Origin: Candidatus Delongbacteria bacterium | GTDB lineage: Bacteria; CAIWAD01 | Assembly (NCBI GenBank): GCA_963663545.1 | Contig: OY760505.1 | Coordinates: forward strand, 1,984,001-2,048,000 | Length of the DNA stretch: 64,000 bases | Reading direction: 5' to 3' | Shown: one piece after another, positions 10,030-19,564 of the stretch | How the letters are laid out: every line of letters begins with the position of its first letter | How positions within the stretch are numbered: the first letter of the stretch is position 1 | Position numbers and translations under genes: made by a program | The notes under the pieces: model-generated | The model's input: only the letters and a program-made list of their open reading frames with translations | Told to the model about the DNA's origin: nothing | The model's database searches: none

Positions 10030-10482
10030 CTAGAACGGAAGATCGTCGTCGTCCATGCCTCCCATGTCGTCCACGGAAGGGGCGCCACTCGACTGAGGCC
10101 GTTCCTGGCTGCTGCTGCGATCGAAGCTTCGGCCACCGTCTCCACCCTGACCACCGCCACGAGAATCCAGCATGCGGAAATTATCGCAGACGATGTCGGT
10201 GCGATAGACCTTCTGGCCTTCGCGGTTCTCATAGCTGTCGTAGTGGATCTTGCCTTCAACATACACCAGCGAACCCTTGCGCAGGTAGTCGCGGGCAATT
10301 TCAGCTTGACGTCGCCAGACGGTGATCCGGTGCCACTCGGTAATCGTCTGTGTCTCACCGTTTTCGCCGCGACGTCGCTCGTCGGTGGCTACCGAAAAGG
10401 TTGCCAGGGGAATGCCGCTCTGAGTGGTTTTGAACTCCGGATCGCGGCCAAGACGCCCGATGAGCATGACTTTGTTCAACAT
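10030..10482 (-). CDS. ssb: Single-stranded DNA-binding protein
   Basis: LNKVMLIGRLGRDPE, TEWHRI, acidic DDDLPF tail. Confidence 0.97.
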   Translation of the reverse strand: MLNKVMLIGRLGRDPEFKTTQSGIPLATFSVATDERRRGENGETQTITEWHRITVWRRQAEIARDYLRKGSLVYVEGKIHYDSYENREGQKVYRTDIVCDNFRMLDSRGGGQGGDGGRSFDRSSSQERPQSSGAPSVDDMGGMDDDDLPF

Positions 10483-10544
10483 TTTTCACCTCGCTGATCT
10501 ATCTGTCATTCATTCTTGACAATGCTGCTTGATATGAGTTTGTA

Positions 10545-10961
10545 TCACGAATCTTGTGAGGCGGGAGCGGTGCGTTGGGACTTGCCCGCCAACGCCGCTC
10601 GCTTGCGCCAGGTTCCCCACAGGTGCCAGACGAGCAGGGAAATCAAGAGGCCGATCGTGTCTGCAATGCCATCCATCAGGCTGCAGCAGCGGCCCGAAAA
10701 GATTTGATGTACTTCATCGCTTGTCGCCCATATCACTCCCAAGATAAGGACAAGCGAATACAACCTTAGCGGAGTGTGTATCACGTGCCGCAAAGCCCTG
10801 ATCAGGGCGAGTCCAACCACAAGGTATTCGCCCGTGTGCAGCAGCTTGTCTTTGCTGAAAAGCGCAAGGTTGGGTAACCGTGATGGCGGCAGACTGGAGC
10901 CGTACCAGATCAGACAGAAGACAAAGAGCAGCGCGAGCAGATCCAAGCGTTTTCTATTCAT
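10545..10961 (-). CDS. VanZ family membrane protein
   Basis: DKLLHTGEY and SDEVHQIFSGR..S..D motifs. ATG 10961 overlaps the nnr stop. Confidence 0.8.
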   Translation of the reverse strand: MNRKRLDLLALLFVFCLIWYGSSLPPSRLPNLALFSKDKLLHTGEYLVVGLALIRALRHVIHTPLRLYSLVLILGVIWATSDEVHQIFSGRCCSLMDGIADTIGLLISLLVWHLWGTWRKRAALAGKSQRTAPASQDS

Positions 10962-12528
10962 GATCGTGGTCATGATCCTCGTGCTGATGTTCTCCTTCCA
11001 GATACTTGAACGCTGCTGGCAGGTGATCACGGATGTCTCCGGCGGTCATGCCGCGGGGTCCAAGCCGAACGGATGCCAGGTCGCCAGCCAAGCCATGCAA
11101 CCAGGCTGCACAGGCTGTGGCAATATCCATGTCCATGCCCTGCGCGCTCAAGCCAGCCAGCAGCCCCGTAAGCACATCGCCACTTCCTGCTGTGGACATG
11201 CCATGGTTGCCGGTCGTGTTCACGAGCACTTCACCCGATGTTGCAGCCGTAATGCTGGGCGCGCCCTTCAACAGCACGGTAACGCCCGTGTCGGCTGCGA
11301 AAGAGGCCGCAATTTCGACCATGGAAACCAGTTTGTCGTCGCCACGCGCGAAGAGGCGCTGAAACTCGCCGTGGTGCGGGGTGATAACCACCGGCGAATG
11401 CCCCTTGGCCAGGTGTTCAGGCTTGCCATTGAAGGCAAACAGGCCGTCGGCGTCCAGTACCACGGGCAAAGGGCTTTCCAGAACCAGCTCGCGCACAAGC
11501 TGCTGAGTTTCGGGATGGCGCCCCAAGCCGGGGCCGATGGCCAGAATATCTGCCCACTCAATCGCCTGGCTAAGGGTCTCCATGTTGGCGTAGGCAAGGC
11601 TCCCTTCCGGTGTGCTTGCCAGACCGGGCAGTGTCATCGCCTCTGGCACCATGCTGGATAGCAGATGGCACAAACTAGCTGGCGTGGCAACGCGAACCAT
11701 GCCCGCCCCTGAGCGCAGAACCGAGGCCGCTGACAGCGCTGCCGCTCCCAGCATTCCCTCGGCACCCGCCAGAAGCAGCACTTTGCCGTAGTCGCCTTTG
11801 TGTGAGGCCTGCCGGCGGGTCGGCAGCATACGCCGTACTTCGCCTTCCGTGATACTCAGCCACTCTTCGCCCGTGGTCATTGCTTCAGGATCATAGCCCA
11901 GGTCGAGAACCTGCACTTCGCCGGTGTAGTCAACACCCGGCGGCAGCAGCAGGCCGCGCTTGACCGCACCCATGGTCAGCGTGCTCTCCGCCATGATGGC
12001 CGGACCCTCCACGGCCCCCGTGTCACCCTGTACACCGGATGGGATGTCAATGGCAATAACCGGCGTCAGGCTGTCTGTAACCGCGCCGATGATACGGGCG
12101 TAGACACCCTGCGGCGAGCCCTTGACGCCTGTGCCCAGCATGGCGTCGATGACCAGGTCGAACTCGCGGAAGTCGGGCAGGTCGCCGTCGTCGGTCAGAT
12201 CCTGTACCTGCACGCCCATATTCTCGACAACCTTGCGATTGGTGGCTGCGTCTCCTTTCAGCTTGGAGGCTGGGGCGAGGGCGAACACCTGCGGGTCCAG
12301 ACCCTGGTTTACCAAGTGACGGGCAATCACGTACCCATCACCGCCGTTGTTGCCGCCGCCGCAAAGGATGGCAATGCTGTCGGCGTCGCGCTTTTCAACC
12401 TCGTCCAGAATTGCTTCAGCGGCACCGCGACCAGCGTTCTCCATCAAGCAGATACCGGGAAGACCCAGTTCCTTTATGGCGTGCTGGTCCATGGCAGACA
12501 TTTGTGATACAGACAGAATCAGATCCAT
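10954..12528 (-). CDS. nnr: Bifunctional NAD(P)HX epimerase/dehydratase
   Basis: LMENAG, GGGNNGGDG, HKGDYG, GPGLG, VLDADG, TPHHGEF, TAGSGDVL. His-rich tail. Confidence 0.93.
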   Translation of the reverse strand: MDLILSVSQMSAMDQHAIKELGLPGICLMENAGRGAAEAILDEVEKRDADSIAILCGGGNNGGDGYVIARHLVNQGLDPQVFALAPASKLKGDAATNRKVVENMGVQVQDLTDDGDLPDFREFDLVIDAMLGTGVKGSPQGVYARIIGAVTDSLTPVIAIDIPSGVQGDTGAVEGPAIMAESTLTMGAVKRGLLLPPGVDYTGEVQVLDLGYDPEAMTTGEEWLSITEGEVRRMLPTRRQASHKGDYGKVLLLAGAEGMLGAAALSAASVLRSGAGMVRVATPASLCHLLSSMVPEAMTLPGLASTPEGSLAYANMETLSQAIEWADILAIGPGLGRHPETQQLVRELVLESPLPVVLDADGLFAFNGKPEHLAKGHSPVVITPHHGEFQRLFARGDDKLVSMVEIAASFAADTGVTVLLKGAPSITAATSGEVLVNTTGNHGMSTAGSGDVLTGLLAGLSAQGMDMDIATACAAWLHGLAGDLASVRLGPRGMTAGDIRDHLPAAFKYLEGEHQHEDHDHDHE

Positions 12529-12540
12529 GATGACTCCAGG

Positions 12541-12876
12541 TCAAAGTTGTGACACAAGCAGAATGGCGGCTCGCCAGTTCCGACTGTGACTCAGTGATAC
12601 ATCCATTCGCAGGCCGGGAACTACCTGCCGTAATACAACACGGGGTGGACCGTTACCCTCCACTGCGGGCAAGAGGGCAATTTCAATGTCACTCGTGCTG
12701 AAGCCTTGCCTGTGTAGGAAATCGCGCATCAGTAAGCGCGCCAGCTCTCTGGCCTCCAGCGATGCTTGGGCATCCGCTTTTGATACGATCCAGTCACGCT
12801 CATCGGGGTGCAGGCTTTCAAGCGAAGGCGCAAGGGCACCGGCGGCGCAGTGAGACGTGGCAGCATAGACGATCAC
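12541..12876 (-). CDS. Divergent AcpS-like (4'-phosphopantetheinyl transferase fold) protein
   Basis: DIEI..G.P.V and VSLSH motifs, size, and acpS-nnr synteny. Catalytic GxD and KE motifs are not evident. Confidence 0.5.
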   Translation of the reverse strand: MIVYAATSHCAAGALAPSLESLHPDERDWIVSKADAQASLEARELARLLMRDFLHRQGFSTSDIEIALLPAVEGNGPPRVVLRQVVPGLRMDVSLSHSRNWRAAILLVSQL

Positions 12877-13565
12877 CCTGCATCGTGACCCATTTTGTCC
12901 AGCACCAGTAGCAGGTCGGCAATGTCATGCAGGACATAGTCGGCGTTGTGCTCACCCGTGTCGAATTCGCAGCCATAAACGGCCAGTGCAGAGCGCATGC
13001 CCAGCGCTGCGGCACCAGCAATATCGCGTGCGGGCCAGTCGCCGACCATCAACACCTCGGCAGGTCCAAGCTCTAGCTTGTCCAGCGCGTGCTGAAAAGG
13101 CTCCGGTGCGGGTTTGTACTTGCCCGTGTCCTCGTGCGTGATCACCTGATCGAAGAAATGCAGCAGGTCCAGGTTGGCCAAGCGCAGCCAGGCCTGCCGC
13201 GCGGGCGCATCGGAAAGCACCGCCAGTCGATAGCCGCGTCTCAGCAGAGCCGTCAAGGTGCTTTTGACATGCGGATAGAGAACCAGGCTGGCCTCACGCG
13301 CGCGACGGTAGGCGACGATGCCCGCCGCCAGCAAGCGGTGATCCACGGCGCCCAACTCTTCCTCGAGGAAAAGGTCCAGCACCTCCTGATACTCGATGCC
13401 GCGCCGCTCATAGACGCTGTAGAGGCGCTCCTCGACGCGCTCCACTGGACCGGGAAGTCCGTGATCCACCATGGCCCGTGCCGCAGCACGCACCGCCTGG
13501 TGCTTCATATCCATGAAGTCGACGAGGGTGTTGTCCAGATCGAAGATGATGGCCTTGATTGGCAT
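12873..13565 (-). CDS. HAD-superfamily hydrolase (subfamily IA)
   Basis: IFDLDNTL, KPAP, MVGDWPARDIAGA. Confidence 0.9.
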   Translation of the reverse strand: MPIKAIIFDLDNTLVDFMDMKHQAVRAAARAMVDHGLPGPVERVEERLYSVYERRGIEYQEVLDLFLEEELGAVDHRLLAAGIVAYRRAREASLVLYPHVKSTLTALLRRGYRLAVLSDAPARQAWLRLANLDLLHFFDQVITHEDTGKYKPAPEPFQHALDKLELGPAEVLMVGDWPARDIAGAAALGMRSALAVYGCEFDTGEHNADYVLHDIADLLLVLDKMGHDAG

Positions 13566-13768
13566 GGCGCCCTTCCTTTCCATGTGAAAGTACCGAATTC
13601 GTCGGGCTCACGCAGGAGCGTTGTGTGCCTGGTGAGAAGCCGTTGAGCGGACGGCACCGACAGAGTACGACCCTAAGCGGACAAGTGTTTCCGTTTCATC
13701 CGAAAAGCTGTCCATTCGAACGCGAAAGCCTATCTTGGATGAATTCAAAGCAGGAACCGACGGGAGCC

Positions 13769-14947
13769 ATGGGCACGAATCCTCACAAGAACAGCTTGCA
13801 ACACTTGATCAGCCGTGGAGCCGTGCGCTTTCTGGCGATCTTCCTGTTGTTCTTTTGTGTCACGGCGGGTTTGTTCTGGGTGTTTGAACACGCGCATCCG
13901 GGCCACAGCTCAGAACTGGATAATCCGATCAACCTGCTCTACTGGTGGGTGGTGACGTGCACTACCGTTGGCTATGGTGACATTGCGCCGCTGACGTCGG
14001 CCGGAAAGATCCTCGTTGTCTGCATGATTTTCATGGGCATGACGCTGGTGACTTTCGGTCTGACACGCCTGGGCGGCATCTTCGAATACCGACTTCAATT
14101 GATGAGAGGACTCGGACGCATGGACAACCTCTCGGGGCATGTGGTCGTGTGTGGTTGGCACGACGACCTGGCCGGCATCCTGAAGAGCCTGCTGGATTAC
14201 GGCAGCGAGATCGACGATTCGAAAATTGTGCTGGTCAACAACGAGAATCCCGACCGAATCAACGCGCTGCGCGGACGTCGGGAGTTTTCCAACCTCAAGT
14301 TGATCTCTGGCGATTTTACCGATCAGGCCGACCTTGAGCGTGCCGGCGTATCACGCAGCCGTACGGTTCTGGTACTGGCCAACAACGCCGACGAGCAGCC
14401 GGACTCGCGCACCTTGCTGGCTGTAATGGCGGTCCGGCAGCTTTCGCGTACTACACACATCTGCGCAGAGGTGTACGAAGAGCGCTTTGTGCCCTACATC
14501 GTTGAAGCCGGTTGCAACGAGGTGATACATCCTGCAGCGTTTCGGCGTGCACTTGCGACACAGATTCTTGCTGCACCGGGAATGGGTAATGTGTTCTACG
14601 ATCTGCTGAGTTTTGAGCAGGGCGCCGCTTTTGCCTTTGAGCCTGTGCCGCTGGAGTTTGTCGGCCGCACCTTTGCCGAATTGCAGGAGCACTACAGCCG
14701 CCGGGAGCGCACGATTCTGGTGGGATTGCTGGAGAACGTCGGTAACCCTTTTTCCATGAAGCGTGCAGCACTGCGTGATGCACAAAAGGCGCCCGACATC
14801 AGCCAGCTTGTGACACAATTGCGGGAAGTGAAACAGATTACGCCCAATCGTCCTGTGCTTTGCCCACCGGCGCATCACGTGATTAAACATCGAACGAACG
14901 CGGTAGTGTTACGCAAGCCCCACAAGGAGAGGCACAATGAAGGCTGA
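13769..14947 (+). CDS. Potassium channel with RCK/TrkA-N domain
   Basis: TTVGYGD selectivity filter, 2 TM helices, HVVVCGW RCK domain. Start at 13769 (GGGAG RBS) or 13739. Confidence 0.9.
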   Translation: MGTNPHKNSLQHLISRGAVRFLAIFLLFFCVTAGLFWVFEHAHPGHSSELDNPINLLYWWVVTCTTVGYGDIAPLTSAGKILVVCMIFMGMTLVTFGLTRLGGIFEYRLQLMRGLGRMDNLSGHVVVCGWHDDLAGILKSLLDYGSEIDDSKIVLVNNENPDRINALRGRREFSNLKLISGDFTDQADLERAGVSRSRTVLVLANNADEQPDSRTLLAVMAVRQLSRTTHICAEVYEERFVPYIVEAGCNEVIHPAAFRRALATQILAAPGMGNVFYDLLSFEQGAAFAFEPVPLEFVGRTFAELQEHYSRRERTILVGLLENVGNPFSMKRAALRDAQKAPDISQLVTQLREVKQITPNRPVLCPPAHHVIKHRTNAVVLRKPHKERHNEG

Positions 14948-15446
14948 TCCTTCCATTCGCCAGCGCCTGCACGTATTTCCACTGCTGCGCGTGCTGAATG
15001 ATGAGATGCTCGACCGCTTTATCGCGCGGCTTGATGCGGAGCGCTTCAGTGCGGGAGCGCACATCATCCAAAAGGGTGAAGCCGGCGATCGCATGTTTCT
15101 GCTGGCGCGCGGCAGTGTCGAGATCGTGGATTACACCGTTGACCGCGAGGCGTACACCAAGGCTATTCTCGATGAATCCAGCGCGGTGATCTTTGGTGAG
15201 CAGGCGCTGATCTCCGGCGTCCCGCGAACCGCGACAGTGCTTGCCCGAAGTGATTGCGAATGCTGGAGCATCAGCCGCGATGTCTTTCACGAAATGGGCG
15301 AAGAGGATCCGCGTCTGGGCTGGCTTGTGTTACGTGAGATTGCGTCACTGCTTAGTCAGCGGCTGGTGAAGACCAACGAAGACGTGATGCGTCTGTTTGA
15401 AGCTCTGGTAATCGAGGTCGAAAGTGAAGCTGTGGGGCGTCGCTGA
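14937..15446 (+). CDS. Stand-alone cyclic nucleotide-binding domain protein
   Basis: IIQKGEAGDRMF, FGEQALISGVPRTATV phosphate-binding cassette, no HTH. Confidence 0.85.
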   Translation: MKADPSIRQRLHVFPLLRVLNDEMLDRFIARLDAERFSAGAHIIQKGEAGDRMFLLARGSVEIVDYTVDREAYTKAILDESSAVIFGEQALISGVPRTATVLARSDCECWSISRDVFHEMGEEDPRLGWLVLREIASLLSQRLVKTNEDVMRLFEALVIEVESEAVGRR

Positions 15447-15480
15447 TCGGAAATGATCCTTTGTTCTGGCAGCTCAGGAG

Positions 15481-15511
15481 ACGGTGATACAAGCGCATCA
15501 TGTGTCACCGT
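15481..15511. terminator. Hairpin between convergent genes built from two iterated-motif copies
   Basis: ACGGTGATACA-N9-TGTGTCACCGT (11-bp stem, one G-U). Confidence 0.5.
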
Positions 15512-15530
15512 GATACGCATAGTATTTGCA

Positions 15531-16121
15531 TTACACTGGAATTGGAAGTGGTTTGGCCAGCCATTCCTCTCGCAGAATGCCATAGAAGACGAGATCGACC
15601 CATTCCTTGTTCTTGCGTGCGTGATGGCGTAACACGCCCTCTTGGGTCATACCCAACTTCTGCATCACACGACCCGAGGCGGGATTGTTTACGAAGTGCG
15701 TAGCGTGAATTCGGTTGAGGTTGATGTTGCGAAAGAAGAAGTCCATCAGTAGCGCTGCGGCTTCAGTGCAGTAGCCCCTGCCCCAGAATTCATGGCCGAT
15801 CCAATAGCCCATTTCGCCACGGCTATCCTGGGCGCGTAGAATGATACCGATGGCGCCGATGAGCAGGCCGCTTTCGCGCAGACACACGGCCCAGGTAACC
15901 GAGTCACCCATGAGATACGACATCGGCTGATTGCCGATCCAGGCCTCGGCCATACCGTCCAGATAGGGATGCGGGATGTTCAGCGTGGTCTCTGCAATGG
16001 CTTCAGCACCAGCAAGAAGTTGTACGCGGGGTGCATCACTGAGAGAAAAGGGGCGGAGTGTTAGCTGCTTGCCATGCAGGAGTGGCTGTGCTTCTGGCAG
16101 TTTGGTTTTTTCATCTCTCAT
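15531..16121 (-). CDS. GNAT N-acetyltransferase, RimJ/RimL family
   Basis: LTLRPF, EMGYWIGHEFWGRGYCTEA, NPASGRVMQKLGM. Confidence 0.9.
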   Translation of the reverse strand: MRDEKTKLPEAQPLLHGKQLTLRPFSLSDAPRVQLLAGAEAIAETTLNIPHPYLDGMAEAWIGNQPMSYLMGDSVTWAVCLRESGLLIGAIGIILRAQDSRGEMGYWIGHEFWGRGYCTEAAALLMDFFFRNINLNRIHATHFVNNPASGRVMQKLGMTQEGVLRHHARKNKEWVDLVFYGILREEWLAKPLPIPV

Positions 16122-16530
16122 GCTGAACGATCCTTGCAAGAAGGTCTTCCTCTTTGATGTCCAATTGAAGCCATCGCGCGGCCTCGGCAAAGTCCTGAAA
16201 GGCTTTGAAATCGATTACCGTGTCGAGGCGCATTTGAAAAGTGTCAACGGCTTCCGTGCTTTTGCCGCTATTCAGAATCAGAGCACACTGCTCGTGTCGG
16301 AAGAAATCGGCTACAACATTCGCAAAAAAGACGAAATCCAAGTTCGCACACGGGGTGATCTTGACACCTTCTGCAGCTCGTAAATCCACGAGCTTCCGCA
16401 TTGGAGGGATATACTCTTGGTCCTTCGCCAGCGCGCAAAGGTTGTGCTTGAAATCTTCCGCTGTTACAATCGCATTGCTGTGTACGTACACTAAACGGTG
16501 TTCAGGTACAATGAAATACTCAAGTGGCAT
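16111..16530 (-). CDS. Hypothetical protein (SpoIIAA/STAS-SEC14-like)
   Basis: 139 aa, LVDLR and C-terminal F.DFAEAARWL pattern, GGAG RBS. Confidence 0.55.
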   Translation of the reverse strand: MPLEYFIVPEHRLVYVHSNAIVTAEDFKHNLCALAKDQEYIPPMRKLVDLRAAEGVKITPCANLDFVFFANVVADFFRHEQCALILNSGKSTEAVDTFQMRLDTVIDFKAFQDFAEAARWLQLDIKEEDLLARIVQHER

Positions 16531-16857
16531 AAGAAACTCCAGGTTGATGGTGAAACAAGTCTATTTATGGCATTTGTAGCAAGAGAAACGGATGCAATGA
16601 TGTCCTGAACTGGAAGGACTTGATTTGGCCCTTGCTATGACCGTAATCTGTATGAGGGGCGCGGACGCAATCGGGTGCGAAATCAATTCCGAGGCTGAAT
16701 TTGCTGCGCTAAACTGTCGATGTTCGGTAAATAGCGGCGCTATTTCTTATGGTGTTGCTACTATGAAATATTGCCAACAACAAAAGCCTTGACTCCGCTG
16801 TATGCATGCTATATGTTGGCAACTGTTAATGATGTTAAGAGATCAACAGGGTCTGCC

Positions 16858-18423
16858 ATGCTACAACGCATTCTGATCACAATCGCTGCTGTGATTGCAC
16901 TGTTGACGGCTGCTGTTCTGCTTGTCCCTGAGGAAAAGGAGAACGTTGAGCTGGCGCGTCTACACGTTCGCTACATGGGCGATTATGTTTCTTCCGTGGA
17001 TCACAGCAAATTGCCCGCGCTACAGCGGGAGTTTGCCACTCCGCAGGATGTGACCGAGGCGTGTCTCAGCTGCCACACCGAGCGGCACAAAGAGATCATG
17101 AATTCTTCGCACTGGAACTGGGAGCGCGCCGCTTACATCGAAGGCCGCGGCCTGACGATGCTAGGCAAGCGCAATGTGCTCAACAACTACTGCATCGGTG
17201 CGCAGACAAACGAACAGGCTTGTGCGAAGTGTCACATTGGATTCGGCATGAGCGACGACCACTATGATTTCAACAATGCGCGTAACGTGGATTGCATGGT
17301 GTGTCACGACTTGAGCGAAGAGTATCACAAGGGTGCCGCAATGGCTGGCTATCCGGATCGCTCGGTCAATCTGGAGCACGTAGCACAAAGTGTCGGCCGT
17401 CCCAGCAAGATGAATTGCGGCTCCTGCCACTTCTACAGCGGCGGCGGCAACAATGTGAAACACGGCGATCTGGAAGCCGCGCTGCTGGGGTGCGATCGTA
17501 CCGTCGATGTACACATGGGTTCCAATGGAATTGATCTGAGCTGCGTGGCGTGTCACACGGCGGAGAAGCACAACATTCTGGGCCGCCTGTACTCGGTGTC
17601 TTCCGAAAACAGCAACCGGGCCACCTGCACAAGTTGCCACGGCGAAGAGCCGCACATGGATGCCGTACTCAATCGCCACTTCGAGCGCATTGCGTGCCAG
17701 ACCTGCCATATTCCCGTGTACGCCAAGGTCAACGCGACCAAGATGGACTGGCGCTGGTCTGAGGCTGGCCAGCTTCGCGATGGCGAACCCTACGAAGAGG
17801 TGGACGAGCACGGCCACCACAATTACATGTCAATCAAAGGTCGCTTCATCTGGGAAGATCACGTTGAGCCGGAATATTGCTGGTTCAATGGCACAGCCAA
17901 TCATTATCTCCTCGGTGATACAATCACCTCGGTGCCCGTTGTCCTGAACCCGCTTGGGGGTTCTGCCAGTGATCCCGATTCTCGCATCATTCCCGTCAAG
18001 ATCCACCGGGGAGACCAGATCTACGACACGCAAACGCGCATGCTCATTCAGCCCAAGCTCTACTCGCCCCAGCACGGTGACAGCGCCTACTGGGTGGACT
18101 TCAATTGGGCAGATGCCGCACGGGCTGGAATGAATCGTGTCGGACTGCCCTTCAGTGGCGAGTACGACTTCATCGAAACAGAGATGTATTGGCCGGTGAA
18201 TCACATGGTCAGTACAGCCGACGAGGCGCTCTCTTGTGCCGATTGCCATACGCGTGATACAGGGCGCCTGGCGAATCTGGCCGGCTTCTACATGCCGGGT
18301 CGCGATCACTCCGCTTGGCTTGACTTCCTGGCAGGGATGGCAATTGTGATGTCGCTAGCCGGAGTCCTTGGCCACGGCGCAATTCGTTTTGTGTTACACC
18401 GCCGCAGGAGGGCCGCCAAATGA
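16858..18423 (+). CDS. Octaheme c-type cytochrome, tetrathionate reductase (OTR) family, membrane-anchored
   Basis: Eight CxxCH motifs (CLSCH, CAKCH, CMVCH, CGSCH, CVACH, CTSCH, CQTCH, CADCH), HWNW, GGGNNVKHGD, N- and C-terminal hydrophobic helices. Confidence 0.88.
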   Translation: MLQRILITIAAVIALLTAAVLLVPEEKENVELARLHVRYMGDYVSSVDHSKLPALQREFATPQDVTEACLSCHTERHKEIMNSSHWNWERAAYIEGRGLTMLGKRNVLNNYCIGAQTNEQACAKCHIGFGMSDDHYDFNNARNVDCMVCHDLSEEYHKGAAMAGYPDRSVNLEHVAQSVGRPSKMNCGSCHFYSGGGNNVKHGDLEAALLGCDRTVDVHMGSNGIDLSCVACHTAEKHNILGRLYSVSSENSNRATCTSCHGEEPHMDAVLNRHFERIACQTCHIPVYAKVNATKMDWRWSEAGQLRDGEPYEEVDEHGHHNYMSIKGRFIWEDHVEPEYCWFNGTANHYLLGDTITSVPVVLNPLGGSASDPDSRIIPVKIHRGDQIYDTQTRMLIQPKLYSPQHGDSAYWVDFNWADAARAGMNRVGLPFSGEYDFIETEMYWPVNHMVSTADEALSCADCHTRDTGRLANLAGFYMPGRDHSAWLDFLAGMAIVMSLAGVLGHGAIRFVLHRRRRAAK

Positions 18424-19040
18424 CAGAGCCACGCTATGTCTACAAGCGCTTCGAGCGTTTCTGGCACTGGATGCAAGCCTTTCTGATTCTGTTTCTGGCG
18501 CTGACCGGTTTTGAGATTCATGGCAGCTACACGCTTTTCGGTTTTGAAAAGGCAGTGTTCTTCCACACGCGTTCAGCCCTTGCGCTACTTGTGCTGATTG
18601 TCTTTGCCGTATTCTGGCACCTGACAACCGGCGAGTGGCGCCAGTATCTGCCAACCCGCGAGAAGCTGGTGGCGCAGGTGCGCTTCTACCTGTTCGGCAT
18701 GTTCAAGGGCGAGCCGCACCCGTATCACAAAACGGAGTTGGGCAAGCTCAACCCATTGCAGCGGCTGACTTATCTCTCGCTCAAACTTGCACTGATTCCG
18801 CTGGTTGTGCTTACAGGGCTACCCTACATGTATCACCGTTTACCCGGTAGCGAAGGCCCCATCTACCGTGTGCCCGTTGACCTGAACCTCGTTGCTTTCT
18901 TGCACACAGTGGGGGCCTATGCCCTCATCCTGTTCGTAATCGTGCACGTCTACATGACGACGACAGGAGCCACGCCGCTGGCCAACCTGCGGGCGATGAT
19001 CACCGGATACGAGGACCCAGAGGAGGAAACACATGGATAG
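18420..19040 (+). CDS. Cytochrome b subunit (PhsC / Ni-Fe hydrogenase b-type family)
   Basis: ERFWHW, FHT, NPLQRLTY, LHT...VHVY heme b histidines, AMITG. Confidence 0.85.
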   Translation: MTEPRYVYKRFERFWHWMQAFLILFLALTGFEIHGSYTLFGFEKAVFFHTRSALALLVLIVFAVFWHLTTGEWRQYLPTREKLVAQVRFYLFGMFKGEPHPYHKTELGKLNPLQRLTYLSLKLALIPLVVLTGLPYMYHRLPGSEGPIYRVPVDLNLVAFLHTVGAYALILFVIVHVYMTTTGATPLANLRAMITGYEDPEEETHG

Positions 19041-19563
19041 CCACAAGCCAGCACCGCTGATGAACCCCTACTTGGCGGGAGTGCTGCTGGGGCTGGTTCT
19101 GGTGGCGGCCATTTTCATTTCTGGTCGCGGCCTGGGCGCCAGTGGCGCACTGAAGAATGTGGTCGTTGCAACGGTTGAGACCGTGTCACCGGAGCACGTT
19201 GAACATGTGCCCGCCTATTCGAATTATGTTGCCAGCCATCCGGGCAGCATTTTCAGCTCCTGGCTTTTTTTCGAAGTCATCGGCATCATGTTCGGTGCGC
19301 TGCTATCCGCTGTGATCGCTCGCCGCGCGCACCTTTCCCTTGAGAAGGGAATCGGCGTGAAGAATAGAACGCGCGTTATCGCGGCTATTATCGGTGGCGC
19401 TTTCTTCGGCTTTGGCGCACAGTTGGGACGCGGCTGCACCAGCGGTGCGGCATTAAGCGGCATGGCCGTGCTCTCCTTCGGCGGCATATTGACCATGATG
19501 GCCATTTTCGCGTCGGCCTACGCCTTCGCCTGGTTCTTCCGTGGCTTGTGGAGGAGGAGCTGA
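19033..19563 (+). CDS. YeeE/YedE (TsuA-like) sulfur transporter half
   Basis: NPYLAGVLLG, GLGASG, GAQLGRGCTSG. Confidence 0.85.
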   Translation: MDSHKPAPLMNPYLAGVLLGLVLVAAIFISGRGLGASGALKNVVVATVETVSPEHVEHVPAYSNYVASHPGSIFSSWLFFEVIGIMFGALLSAVIARRAHLSLEKGIGVKNRTRVIAAIIGGAFFGFGAQLGRGCTSGAALSGMAVLSFGGILTMMAIFASAYAFAWFFRGLWRRS

Positions 19564-19564
19564 T

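Noticed and set aside
10777..10792. TGTATCAC as a parS half-site, matS, CRP site, or Chi/KOPS
   Set aside because: I saw no full 16-bp parS palindrome or 13-bp matS, and no consistent TGTGA-N6-TCACA. The lack of strand polarity argues against Chi/KOPS.
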